Source: a virus
DNA: 64,000 bases
Virus record (IMG/VR): IMGVR_UViG_3300042446_001168
Reading direction: 5' to 3' (one strand)
The notes under the pieces were generated by a model. That model was not told where the DNA came from and made no database searches. It saw only the letters and a list, made by a program, of their open reading frames with translations. The position numbers and the translations under genes are program-made. Shown here piece after piece: positions 54,724 to 64,000 of the stretch; position 1 is the first letter of the stretch; every line of letters begins with the position of its first letter.

Positions 54724-55545
54724 ATGAAGAAGTTTGTTGCTCTATCACTAATACTGGTTACCACCCTTTGCTTTGGGTGGAACCAGCGGCAGCCAAATCC
54801 AATTGAGCAGTGTCAAGTTCATGCACCATATGGATTTCCAAGTAGTGTACGCCCAGTTCAACCAATATGTCGAGAGGCATATTTGGTTGGATATGATGCC
54901 CCTGTTAAGCTGCCTGAGTTTGTTATGTACGAACTTATACCTAGCAAAGCACTGGGATGTGTGGCCCGTACCAATGCGTTTGTATCTGACCAATCAATAA
55001 AGAACGGTCCAAGACCAGATGATTATTCTGGTACCGGATACGATAAGGGTCACATGGCTCCTGATGGAGATCTATCATGGGATCAGCAGGTAGAATATGA
55101 ATCATTCTTGATGACCAATATGAGTCCCCAAGCTGGATCTCTTAATCGTGGAATATGGAAGCTGTTAGAGACTTCAATACGTGGTTGGGTTGTTCAGCGT
55201 AACCAGTCTTACACTATCATGGTTGGTGGGATATATGGTCCTCAAGACAAGACGATTGGAACAGGAGTAGTGGTTCCACATGCCTTTTATAAGATAGTTA
55301 TAAATAATCAGACTAAGGAAGTTGCTGGGTGGTTATTTCCACACACTCCACCATATCCAAATCTAGGTAACGATCTAACAAAGTTTAGAGTGCCAATATC
55401 GCAGATACAACAAACGGCCAATGTTACATATGCTTTTCCTGCTGGAGCCATAGAGGTTCAGCCAGGACAAGAATGGTTAGTTGATTTTGGTGCACTCACA
55501 AAGCTCAAAAGAGCCAAGTGTGGTGCTAACGCAGGCTCAGAATAA
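54724..55545 (+). CDS. Secreted DNA/RNA non-specific endonuclease
   Basis: Signal peptide; YDKGHM (DRGH-type), NMSPQ..LNRG.W..LE, VP..FYK. Confidence 0.9.
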   Translation: MKKFVALSLILVTTLCFGWNQRQPNPIEQCQVHAPYGFPSSVRPVQPICREAYLVGYDAPVKLPEFVMYELIPSKALGCVARTNAFVSDQSIKNGPRPDDYSGTGYDKGHMAPDGDLSWDQQVEYESFLMTNMSPQAGSLNRGIWKLLETSIRGWVVQRNQSYTIMVGGIYGPQDKTIGTGVVVPHAFYKIVINNQTKEVAGWLFPHTPPYPNLGNDLTKFRVPISQIQQTANVTYAFPAGAIEVQPGQEWLVDFGALTKLKRAKCGANAGSE

Positions 55546-55554
55546 GGATCTAAA

Positions 55555-55734
55555 ATGAAACATATTATTTTCACAGTGCTAACTCTTTTTGCTGTCAACG
55601 CCTTTGCTGGTGGTGAAGTGAAACAAGTGTGTCACAAAGAGACAAAGAACGGCAAAGAGGTAGAAGTGTGCAAGAAGATCAAGGTTCATAAAAAACTTGA
55701 AGGCACTGCTATTCCAGAAAAGACTAAAAAATAA
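55555..55734 (+). CDS. Small secreted protein (59 aa)
   Basis: Signal peptide ...AFA; two Cys; below ORF cutoff. Confidence 0.55.
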   Translation: MKHIIFTVLTLFAVNAFAGGEVKQVCHKETKNGKEVEVCKKIKVHKKLEGTAIPEKTKK

Positions 55735-55735
55735 A

Positions 55736-55987
55736 ATGGAAATGGAATTGTTCGATACTCAATCAAGGATAGCCGTTTTGGAGCATGAAGTTAAGAACGT
55801 TGCTGAGGAGATTAAAGATCTTCGAAGAGAGCAGCGAGAACAACATCAGCAGATGATGGAAAAACTTAGCAATATGACCGATCGAGTGTCTGCACTTGAG
55901 CAATGGCGGTGGATGGTCATTGGTGGTGCACTGGCCTGTGGATACCTATTAGCTCACTTTGGACCGCTATCTAAATTCATGGGTTGA
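55736..55987 (+). CDS. Coiled-coil protein with C-terminal TM helix (XhlA-like)
   Basis: RIAVLE...LEQWRWMVIGGA. Confidence 0.6.
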   Translation: MEMELFDTQSRIAVLEHEVKNVAEEIKDLRREQREQHQQMMEKLSNMTDRVSALEQWRWMVIGGALACGYLLAHFGPLSKFMG

Positions 55988-56012
55988 CTTATATTAGGGG
56001 TGCGTATATAAT
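55984..56012 (+). promoter_or_regulatory. Sigma70-type promoter for gp61
   Basis: TTGACT-N17-TATAAT. Confidence 0.8.
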
Positions 56013-56035
56013 CTCTTTGCTTATCAGGAGAATAT

Positions 56036-57067
56036 ATGCAGCCACTAGATTATAAGTACATTGGATTGATATCAACGCACCTCCCGCTCTTCACCAGGAA
56101 GCGGGACGGTACGTATAACTTCCGTTGCGTTCTGTGCGGAGACTCTCAAACAAACAAAAGAAAGAAGCGCGGGTTCATTATTGCTGAACACGAGCGGGTG
56201 ACCTATTACTGCCATAATTGCCATGCATCTATGAGTCTTGGTAATATCATAAAGCACCTAGATGGCGCACTTTTTGACGAGTACCAAAAAGAAAGGTTAG
56301 CGGAGAAATATATTTCCAAGCAAGTTGGAATAACCGCACAACCTCGTGACATAACCAAGATAAGTTTTCCTAAATACCTCCGCTCTCATCTAAAATACCT
56401 CAAGAAGATATCATCGCTCCACTATGATCATCCTGCAAAAAAGTACGTAGATCAGCGCAAGATTCCAACTAAGCATCACCACAAGTTGTTCTTTTCTGAG
56501 AGTTATAAGCAATGGGTCAACACTATTGTTCCTGATAAATTTGGGACCATAGATAAAGATGAGGCTCGATTGGTTATTCCTTTTATTGATATGGATGGGT
56601 CTTTGATTGGGTTTACTGGGCGGTCCCTTGATCCTAAGAATCCTCTCAGATACATGACTATAGCAGTTGACACAAACAAGCCCCTACTTTATGGATTGGA
56701 TAGCATTGATAAATCCCGTAAGATATATGTAACTGAAGGACCTATTGACTCGCTCTTCCTTCCAAACGCACTAGCAATGGGTTCTTCAAACAACCTGGAT
56801 GGTCTCAAGAAGTTCATGGATGATCCTGTAAAGTTTGTATTGGTAATGGATAACGAGCCAAAAAACAAAGATATTTGTAATATCGTTGAGAAAGCAATTA
56901 CTTTAGGGTATAATGTATGCATATGGCCCTCTCACATAGTACAAAAAGACCTTAATGAAATTGTTCTTGCTGGTATGAAGCCTGAAGATTTGCAGCTGCT
57001 AATTGACTGCAATACCTCTAGGGGATTAGAAGCAAAGGCAAAACTAATGCAGTGGAGAAGATGCTAG
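56036..57067 (+). CDS. gp61: DNA primase
   Basis: RCVLCGDS...CHNC zinc finger, EGPIDS, DNEP, KDLNE. Confidence 0.96.
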   Translation: MQPLDYKYIGLISTHLPLFTRKRDGTYNFRCVLCGDSQTNKRKKRGFIIAEHERVTYYCHNCHASMSLGNIIKHLDGALFDEYQKERLAEKYISKQVGITAQPRDITKISFPKYLRSHLKYLKKISSLHYDHPAKKYVDQRKIPTKHHHKLFFSESYKQWVNTIVPDKFGTIDKDEARLVIPFIDMDGSLIGFTGRSLDPKNPLRYMTIAVDTNKPLLYGLDSIDKSRKIYVTEGPIDSLFLPNALAMGSSNNLDGLKKFMDDPVKFVLVMDNEPKNKDICNIVEKAITLGYNVCIWPSHIVQKDLNEIVLAGMKPEDLQLLIDCNTSRGLEAKAKLMQWRRC

Positions 57068-57282
57068 ATATAGAAAAAAAAGCAAGAAACTATATGCGAT
57101 CCATGGACAGATTAATTATGTCATGTGACACAGAGGAGGAGGTGAGGATGCTTGCATGTGCAATGATGACATCCTCTATTACAATCCTTGAGCAGCAGGT
57201 AGGTCCAAGGGGAACACGTAAACTGTTAGATAGTACATTGGAGGCTAGATATGGAGCAGATGGAAGAAGTACAGGTAAATGA
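57061..57282 (+). CDS. Hypothetical protein
   Basis: GGAG RBS; IMSCD..EE..MLACAM. Confidence 0.6.
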   Translation: MLDIEKKARNYMRSMDRLIMSCDTEEEVRMLACAMMTSSITILEQQVGPRGTRKLLDSTLEARYGADGRSTGK

Positions 57283-57532
57283 CCTTGATCCAATAAAACA
57301 AAAACATCAACGAAGAATTCAACAAAAAGACAACCACATCCAAAGGCAGTGCAAGATACTGAAAGAATACTCTATCCCAGTAGATGAACCACACAAGCTA
57401 CATAAGACCCATGCAATGAATTGTGGGAATCCTAATTGTTATATGTGTGCTAATCCTCGCAAAGTATTCAAAGAGAAAACTGTACAGGAAAAGAAGTTTG
57501 AACAAACTGAGAAATGGAAAGATGATGTATGA
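57251..57532 (+). CDS. Hypothetical Cys-motif protein
   Basis: CGNPNCYMCANPR. Confidence 0.65.
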   Translation: MEQMEEVQVNDLDPIKQKHQRRIQQKDNHIQRQCKILKEYSIPVDEPHKLHKTHAMNCGNPNCYMCANPRKVFKEKTVQEKKFEQTEKWKDDV

Positions 57533-58197
57533 AAGCAAAGCTGATTAGTTTTTCGCAACCAACCAAAGAAGTATACGAACAAGGCCTCGAGAATGTCCAA
57601 GATCTCATTGCATTCTGTGCAAGAGTATCAAATCCGGGAAATCAATCAAACAAGGAAACCGCAGATCGACTCATCAAGTACCTTGCCAAACACAAACACT
57701 GGTCCCCTTTTGAGCTCGTCTCAGCGTGTGTTGAAATTGAGACAACAAGAGATATTGCGCGACAAATTCTCCGACATAGAAGTTTTAGCTTCCAGGAGTT
57801 CAGTCAGCGGTATGCAGACCCCACAAAGGAACTTGAATTTGTATACCGAGACGCACGAATGCAGGACACCAGTAATAGACAAAATAGTATAGAGAATAAA
57901 GATAAAGAGCTTGATCGTTTGTGGCAAGACCAACAACAATTTATTATTAGATGTGCACGTAATGCTTACGATTGGGCTATTGTAAATGGAATAGCCAAAG
58001 AACAAGCAAGAGCAGTATTACCAGAAGGACTTACAGTTTCTCGATTGTATATGAATGGTACTATTAGATCGTGGCTGCACTATATTGATCTAAGATCTGC
58101 AAACGGCACTCAAAAAGAACACATGGAAATAGCGTTTGCATGCGCAGCCGCAATTGCAGCTATATTCCCACCAATAACAGAATATGTACAACAATAA
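57529..58197 (+). CDS. thyX: Flavin-dependent thymidylate synthase
   Basis: RHRSFSFQEFSQRY, HWSPFE, EQAR.VLP. Confidence 0.96.
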   Translation: MKAKLISFSQPTKEVYEQGLENVQDLIAFCARVSNPGNQSNKETADRLIKYLAKHKHWSPFELVSACVEIETTRDIARQILRHRSFSFQEFSQRYADPTKELEFVYRDARMQDTSNRQNSIENKDKELDRLWQDQQQFIIRCARNAYDWAIVNGIAKEQARAVLPEGLTVSRLYMNGTIRSWLHYIDLRSANGTQKEHMEIAFACAAAIAAIFPPITEYVQQ

Positions 58198-58210
58198 TAA
58201 CGAGGTATCA

Positions 58211-60040
58211 ATGACTCAACCCTTGGCTGCTTTAAGACTAGGTGATACAAACAAGTATAGTATAGTGATAGATAAGAGTAGAGATAGTCTATTTGATGAA
58301 CATGGTCTGAAGCGATTGCGAGAGTCTTATATGCTAGACTCCGAGGAATCCCCTCAGGAAAGGTTCGCTTATGTATCAAGAGCTTTTGCATCAAACCAGG
58401 AACATGCTCAACGATTGTATGAGTATGCTAGTAAACATTGGTTATCATACTCCACTCCTATCCTATCGTTTGGACGCACTCAGAAGGGGTTGCCAATATC
58501 TTGTTTCCTCAACTACATCCACGACAGTAGTGCAGGACTGGTTGAGAATCTATCTGAAACCAATTGGCTCTCCATGCTTGGAGGGGGAGTAGGGATTGGA
58601 TTTGGTATTCGTTCTGCTGATGACAAGTCTACTGGTGTTATGCCTCATCTCCGCATATACGATGCTAGCTCTCTTGCATACAGACAGGGGAGAACCCGTA
58701 GGGGTTCTTACGCTGCTTACCTTGATATTGATCACCCTGATATTTCTCTCTTCTTGGACATGAGAAAACCAACTGGAGACCCTAATATGAGGGCTCCAAA
58801 CCTGCATCACGGTGTTAATATTACTGATAAGTTTATGCGGTTGATTGAAAAGGCAATGCTGGATCCAGAAGTGGATGACAGCTGGGAGCTAGTTGATCCC
58901 CATGATGGTCAAGTAAGAGAGGTAGTATCTGCCAAGACACTGTGGCAATACATTCTTGAACTTAGAATGCATACTGGGGAGCCGTACTTGCATTTTATTG
59001 ATACAAGTAATAGACACTTGCCCCAGCACCTCAAAGATCTTGGTTTAAAGGTTCACCAGTCAAATCTTTGCTCCGAAATTATCCTGCCTACAGATAAGGA
59101 TAGAACGGCAGTATGTTGTTTATCATCTGTTAATTTAGAATACTATGACGATTGGAAGTCGGATGAATTATTCCTCAAAGATCTCGCTGAAATGCTTGAC
59201 AATGTACTCCAGTATTTTATTGATAACGCTCCCACTGCTGTTGCTCGTGCTAGGTACAGTGCTGAACGTGAAAGGTCTATTGGTATTGGCGCTCTTGGTT
59301 GGCACGCTTACTTGCAGCGCAACAATCTGCCTTGGGAGTCTCCTATGGCTGTCGGGAGGAACAAGCAAATCTTCAAACACATACGAGAGAGATTAAATGA
59401 AGCAAATCTTGAACTTGGATCTGAAAGGGGCGAAGCTCCTGATGCACAAGGTACTGGATTACGGTTCTCTCACCTTATGGCTATTGCTCCTAATGCTAGC
59501 AGTTCGATCATTATGGGTAACACCTCTCCATCTATTGAACCGTTCAGAGCCAATGCCTATAGACAAGACACTCTCAGTGGTTCGAGCCTGAATAAGAACA
59601 AGTGGCTTGATAAACTTATCAGAGCTGAGTCAGAAAAGAATAAAGACGGGTGGTACGAAGATGTATGGTCGAGTATTATTGCTAATGATGGTAGTGTCCA
59701 GCATCTTAATTGGATGTCAGACTGGGACAGAGATGTATTCAAGACCTCTATGGAAATTGACCAACGATGGTTGATTCAGCATGCAGCTGATAGGCAAGAG
59801 TATATTGATCAGGCTCAGTCACTCAACCTATTCTTTAGACCAGATGTAAACATTAAGTACCTACATGCAGTACATTTTCAAGCTTGGAAGCAGGGGTTGA
59901 AGAGTTTATACTACTGCCGTAGCGAGAAGATTGGTAAGGCAGATAAAGTATCTAAAAAGATTGAGCGTCAGGTAATTGATGAGATTGATCTAAAAGCACT
60001 AGCTGCTGATGATGATGTTTGTTTGGCATGTGAGGGATAA
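58211..60040 (+). CDS. nrdA: Class I ribonucleotide reductase alpha subunit (no N-terminal ATP cone)
   Basis: ISCF, SNLCSEI, APNASSS, SLYY, C-terminal CLACEG. Confidence 0.96.
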   Translation: MTQPLAALRLGDTNKYSIVIDKSRDSLFDEHGLKRLRESYMLDSEESPQERFAYVSRAFASNQEHAQRLYEYASKHWLSYSTPILSFGRTQKGLPISCFLNYIHDSSAGLVENLSETNWLSMLGGGVGIGFGIRSADDKSTGVMPHLRIYDASSLAYRQGRTRRGSYAAYLDIDHPDISLFLDMRKPTGDPNMRAPNLHHGVNITDKFMRLIEKAMLDPEVDDSWELVDPHDGQVREVVSAKTLWQYILELRMHTGEPYLHFIDTSNRHLPQHLKDLGLKVHQSNLCSEIILPTDKDRTAVCCLSSVNLEYYDDWKSDELFLKDLAEMLDNVLQYFIDNAPTAVARARYSAERERSIGIGALGWHAYLQRNNLPWESPMAVGRNKQIFKHIRERLNEANLELGSERGEAPDAQGTGLRFSHLMAIAPNASSSIIMGNTSPSIEPFRANAYRQDTLSGSSLNKNKWLDKLIRAESEKNKDGWYEDVWSSIIANDGSVQHLNWMSDWDRDVFKTSMEIDQRWLIQHAADRQEYIDQAQSLNLFFRPDVNIKYLHAVHFQAWKQGLKSLYYCRSEKIGKADKVSKKIERQVIDEIDLKALAADDDVCLACEG

Positions 60041-60652
60041 ATGAACTTTATAAACGACTCCGATGTATGGGGTTTGTGTCCGTCAGATTGGATATGGGTA
60101 TACGATAAGTTAATTGTTGCTCGTAAACAAAATATTATATCCGGTCCTGCTGGTGTATCCGTCCCCACCGCAGGATTCTATATTGTAAGACCAATTACAA
60201 ATATAAGAATGATGGGTCGCGGGGTAAAGAAATGCTGGCTCGAGCCTGGGGATGATAATAATGTGCCTGACGGGTATTTCTGGAGTGAGATACTAACTGG
60301 TGATCACGTTAGTGTTGACTACCATTGGGGTCAACCTGTATTGACGGTACAGGGATTTAGAGATGACCCGGCTGCATTAGATCGGTTTAATTTGTGGGTA
60401 AAGACTGATCACACACATATTATCCCGGACTGGTTAACAGGTCTTGGACAAGTACAAGAGTGGGTTAATGTGGAATATATTGGTGGTAAAGCAATTGAAG
60501 TACATACCAGGTACAATGATGATTTTGCCAATCATACTGCAAGTGAAATCATTCCTCGATGGATTGGGCAAGAAATTAACCCACCACCAGGTTGGTCATG
60601 GTATGAGAGCCCTGCACAGGATAGGCTGGGCTTTTGGACAAAAAATAATTAA
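60041..60652 (+). CDS. Hypothetical protein (possibly degenerate ATP-grasp)
   Basis: YIVRP..N..MMG...G.H.SVDY...NVE.IGG..IEVH.R. Confidence 0.55.
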   Translation: MNFINDSDVWGLCPSDWIWVYDKLIVARKQNIISGPAGVSVPTAGFYIVRPITNIRMMGRGVKKCWLEPGDDNNVPDGYFWSEILTGDHVSVDYHWGQPVLTVQGFRDDPAALDRFNLWVKTDHTHIIPDWLTGLGQVQEWVNVEYIGGKAIEVHTRYNDDFANHTASEIIPRWIGQEINPPPGWSWYESPAQDRLGFWTKNN

Positions 60653-60672
60653 TAAACCAAATAAGGATGACC

Positions 60673-61311
60673 ATGAGAAAGAGAGTTGCCATCTTTATTG
60701 ACCACCCAAGATGTTCAATACAATCAGGTAACGGAATAATAAAGGCACTCTCTCCTCACTATAACATTAAGATATTTACCAAGCACAAGCTGGAAGATGG
60801 GTTCTTTGACGATGTAGACATGGTTTGCTTTCCTGGTGGTTTTGGAGATAGCGATTCCTACGACTATCTATTTCGAGCCAATGGAGAAAGTGTTCGCAAG
60901 TACGTGAAAGATGGTGGTAGATATCTTGGAATTTGTATGGGGGCTTACTGGGCAGACCAGATATACTTTGATATACTAGATACTACTAGAGTTGAACAGT
61001 ATATTACACAACCTGATACTGATACACGTCGTCCTCACGCTAAAGCAATGCCAGTTGACTGGCATGGAGAGCAAACAAAGATGTTCTTTTATGATGGGTG
61101 TACGTTTAAAGGTGGCAATCATGAAGTATACGCCACCTATATTACTGGGTATCCTATGGCAGTCATACAAGGTAAAATAGGGTTGATTGGTTGCCATCCT
61201 GAGAGCGAACTACATTGGTATAATTCATACAGCTGGATGAAAGGCTTATATCATGATGGATTACACCACAGAATGTTGTTACAATTTGTTGACAATTTAA
61301 TGGAGAAGTAG
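60673..61311 (+). CDS. Class I GATase-like protein (BPL_N family)
   Basis: FPGG, YLGICMGAY, GCHPE. Confidence 0.8.
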   Translation: MRKRVAIFIDHPRCSIQSGNGIIKALSPHYNIKIFTKHKLEDGFFDDVDMVCFPGGFGDSDSYDYLFRANGESVRKYVKDGGRYLGICMGAYWADQIYFDILDTTRVEQYITQPDTDTRRPHAKAMPVDWHGEQTKMFFYDGCTFKGGNHEVYATYITGYPMAVIQGKIGLIGCHPESELHWYNSYSWMKGLYHDGLHHRMLLQFVDNLMEK

Positions 61312-61312
61312 T

Positions 61313-61438
61313 ATGCTAGTAGAAATGCTATTGTATGGATTCATTTCTGCGTTTGGATGGTGGGGAGCTAACCATTACATTATTGAGCCTTATTTTCCAC
61401 CTCCAACGGAAGAATCTAAAAAAATAAAAAAAGAATAA
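61313..61438 (+). CDS. Small membrane protein (41 aa)
   Basis: GGAG RBS; YGFISAFGWW. Confidence 0.45.
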   Translation: MLVEMLLYGFISAFGWWGANHYIIEPYFPPPTEESKKIKKE

Positions 61439-61446
61439 AGGGCAAG

Positions 61447-61650
61447 ATGACTTCAGAAAAAAAGCAAGAAGATCAAAATGAAGACATGGCTAAACAACTT
61501 GAAAAATTAAAACCTAAAAAGAAAATATCAATTTCTAAAGACCTCCTAGAAAATGCAAATAGCTATGATGATAAGTTGGTAGTCATAAAAATGACTGCAG
61601 AGAAAGAAATGAAGAGAGTAGTACTTTTGATTAAAAACATGCTGAACTAA
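61447..61650 (+). CDS. Hypothetical protein
   Basis: ORF. Confidence 0.5.
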   Translation: MTSEKKQEDQNEDMAKQLEKLKPKKKISISKDLLENANSYDDKLVVIKMTAEKEMKRVVLLIKNMLN

Positions 61651-61682
61651 CAAACATTGGCCAATCTGCTAAAGAAAGAATT

Positions 61683-62672
61683 ATGACAAAAAATAAAACA
61701 AGAATAACTGATAACAGAGACGCATTCAAACCTTTCAACTATCCATGGGCATATGATGATTGGCTGAAGCATGAGCAAAGTCATTGGATGCACACCGAAG
61801 TACCTATGTTAGAAGACGTCAAAGACTGGAAGAACCGACTGAGTGATAGTGAGAAGCAGTTCCTTACTCACATATTCAGGTTCTTTACTCAGGGAGATAT
61901 TGACGTTGCTGGAGGGTATGTTAATAATTATCTGCCATACTTTCCACAGCCAGAGATTAGAATGATGTTGATGGGATTTGCTGCCAGAGAAGCATTGCAT
62001 GTGGCAGCATATAGTCACTTAATTGAGACTTTAGGTTTACCGGATACAACATACAATCAATTTCTAGAGTATCAAGAGATGAAAGACAAGCACGACTATG
62101 TTCTTGATATCAGCTCACAGAACGGTGATAAATCTTCTACAGCTACTCATATTGCTGTGTTTAGTGCTTTCACCGAAGGAATGCAGCTGTTTAGTTCTTT
62201 TATTATGCTACTCAACTTTCCAAGAACTGGGAAGATGAAGGGAATGGGTCAGATTGTTACGTGGTCTATTGTAGACGAGACACAGCATGCAGAGTCAATG
62301 ATTAAGTTGTTCAGAACATACATTGAAGAGAACAAAGAAATATGGAACGACGATCTCAAAGGTAGGATTTATTCTATCGCTGAAAAAATGGTGGAGCTAG
62401 AAGACAAATTTATTGAGCTGGCTTTTTCCATGGGAGACATGGAGGGATTAAATGCAGAAGATGTTAAGCGTTATATTCGCTATATTTGTGACCGTAGGCT
62501 TATTTCTCTTGGTCTTAAAGGGATTTTTAAAGTGAAGAGAAATCCATTACCGTGGGTGGAAGAGATGATTAACGCTCCAACACACACTAACTTCTTCGAG
62601 AACCGAGCAACCGATTATGCCAAGGGTGCTTTGTCAGGAGACTGGTCCGACGTATGGGCAAAGGCGGCATAA
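61683..62672 (+). CDS. nrdB: Ribonucleotide reductase beta subunit
   Basis: FFTQGD, EALH..AY, EG..LFSSF, DETQH, NFFE.R..DY. Confidence 0.96.
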   Translation: MTKNKTRITDNRDAFKPFNYPWAYDDWLKHEQSHWMHTEVPMLEDVKDWKNRLSDSEKQFLTHIFRFFTQGDIDVAGGYVNNYLPYFPQPEIRMMLMGFAAREALHVAAYSHLIETLGLPDTTYNQFLEYQEMKDKHDYVLDISSQNGDKSSTATHIAVFSAFTEGMQLFSSFIMLLNFPRTGKMKGMGQIVTWSIVDETQHAESMIKLFRTYIEENKEIWNDDLKGRIYSIAEKMVELEDKFIELAFSMGDMEGLNAEDVKRYIRYICDRRLISLGLKGIFKVKRNPLPWVEEMINAPTHTNFFENRATDYAKGALSGDWSDVWAKAA

Positions 62673-62673
62673 G

Positions 62674-62681
62674 TATAAATA
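62674..62681 (+). promoter_or_regulatory. T4-type late promoter
   Basis: TATAAATA right after the nrdB stop. Confidence 0.55.
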
Positions 62682-62695
62682 CCAAGAACACACTT

Positions 62696-62720
62696 AGAGC
62701 CCGCACACGCGGGCTCTTTT
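62696..62720 (+). terminator. Rho-independent terminator-like hairpin
   Basis: AGAGCCCGC-ACAC-GCGGGCTCT-TTT (approximate). Confidence 0.75.
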
Positions 62721-62776
62721 GTTATGCACTTCAATTATTACCAATCTATGAAATTCTTAACTGTTAGGGAGATAGC

Positions 62777-63802
62777 ATGAAAAAGTGGTTAGCAATATTA
62801 CTGATGGCAGTAGCAATCCAAACACCAGCAGCAGATTTGACAGGGGCAGGAGCAACCTTCCCATATCCAATCTACTCAAAATGGGCCGAAGCATATAAAG
62901 CAGCAACAGGCATCGGACTCAACTATCAATCAATTGGTTCAGGCGGTGGTATCAAACAGATCAAAGCAAAGACAGTGGACTTTGGCGCAAGTGATATGCC
63001 ATTGAAACCAGAGGACCTAGAAAAAGAAGGTCTAATGCAATTCCCAGCTATTATTGGAGGTGTAGTTCCTGTAGTAAACCTAGACGGTATTGCTCCAGGA
63101 CAATTGAAACTTACAAGTGATGTGATTGCCAATATCCATTTGGGTAAAATTACTAAATGGAACGATCAGGCCATTACCAGCTTGAATCCTGGCGTTACTT
63201 TACCCGCACTACCAATCACAGTTGTACATCGTGCTGATGGATCAGGTACAACATTCATCTGGTGTGATTATCTAAGCAAAACTAATGCAGAATTTGGTAA
63301 AGTGGTTGGTGCTGCTACAGCAGTCAAATGGCCCGTGGGTATTGGCGGCAAAGGTAACGAAGGCGTTGCAGCACAAGTACAAAGAATCAAAGGTGCATTT
63401 GGTTATGTGGAATATGCATATGCTAAAAAGAACAAGATTGCTCACGCTCAATTGAAGAATCGTGATGGAAACTTTGTTCAACCAAGCGATGAAGCATTTA
63501 AAGCGGCAGCTGCCTATGCAGATTGGGACAATGCTCCGGGCATGTATTTGTTGTTGACAAATCAAATTGGTAAAGATTCATGGCCAGCAACAGGTGCCAG
63601 CTTTATCATAATGCACAAGCAACAGGCCGATCTACTAACCGGTCGTGCAATACTAAAATTCTTTGACTGGAGCTACAAAAACGGTTCCAAGATGAGTGAA
63701 GAATTAGAGTATGTCCATATGCCAGCTTCAGTGATTAAACTGGTGCAGGACAATTGGAAAAAAGAACTTAAAGACCCTAGTGGTCAGGCAATCTGGAAAT
63801 AA
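62777..63802 (+). CDS. pstS: Phosphate ABC transporter periplasmic binding protein
   Basis: GAGATFP, YQSIGSGGG, DFGASD, RADGSGTT, GKGNEG. Confidence 0.96.
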   Translation: MKKWLAILLMAVAIQTPAADLTGAGATFPYPIYSKWAEAYKAATGIGLNYQSIGSGGGIKQIKAKTVDFGASDMPLKPEDLEKEGLMQFPAIIGGVVPVVNLDGIAPGQLKLTSDVIANIHLGKITKWNDQAITSLNPGVTLPALPITVVHRADGSGTTFIWCDYLSKTNAEFGKVVGAATAVKWPVGIGGKGNEGVAAQVQRIKGAFGYVEYAYAKKNKIAHAQLKNRDGNFVQPSDEAFKAAAAYADWDNAPGMYLLLTNQIGKDSWPATGASFIIMHKQQADLLTGRAILKFFDWSYKNGSKMSEELEYVHMPASVIKLVQDNWKKELKDPSGQAIWK

Positions 63803-63810
63803 GGAATATT

Positions 63811-64000
63811 ATGAAAAAAATTACTATTATATCACTCTTAGCACTATGCTTTGCGTCACCTGCAATGGCAGATGATTACACAGACACCTTGGATATTCTT
63901 TTGCAAAAAGGAATATTAACCAAGGAAGAGCATGCTACCAAAGTGGAAGCACACAAAGACAAAGTAGAAAATGCACAGTTTAATTCTTCTCGTGTGGACA
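63811..64000 (+). CDS. Putative outer-membrane porin (3' truncated by window)
   Basis: Signal peptide then LDILLQKGILTKEE, an N-terminal motif of phosphate-related porins; follows pstS. Confidence 0.55.
   Translation, partial: MKKITIISLLALCFASPAMADDYTDTLDILLQKGILTKEEHATKVEAHKDKVENAQFNSSRVD

Noticed and set aside
342-63565. Numerous minus-strand ORFs in the track
   Set aside because: Antisense shadows of well-supported + strand genes, without motifs; only 27890-28123 has independent support

Overview
64 kb of a large, AT-rich T4-like myophage (Tevenvirinae/Kyanoviridae-like gene set). Essentially all real genes are on the + strand. Host-like genes (pstS, porin, PBP7-like peptidase, DUF3563-like protein) point tentatively to an aquatic proteobacterial host. 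Gene order: end of late sigma factor gp55, HNH homing endonuclease, gp47/gp46, peptide deformylase; a 7-deazaguanine DNA-modification set (queE, PRTase, queD, folE, DpdL-like, DpdA/TGT-like; no queC in this window) interleaved with six tRNAs; the replication core (gp45, gp44, gp62, regA, gp43, uvsX, gp41); a late operon of enzymes with T4 capsid-targeting-like N-termini; tail/adhesin and internal-head proteins; lysis cassette; gp61, thyX, nrdA, nrdB, pstS and a truncated porin. Most notable: (1) UvsX/RecA fractured by a naturally split intein, with an antisense nuclease-less NUMOD1 gene under its own late promoter between the halves; (2) a QueC-less, DpdL-type deazaguanine pathway with an embedded phosphoribosyltransferase; (3) a non-canonical long-variable-arm tRNA with a UAU anticodon; (4) a putative virion-packaged ligase-like + HAD phosphatase + NMNAT-like repair kit; (5) a ROSE-like thermometer before hsp20. 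All assignments come from motif recognition by eye; no database searches were run.
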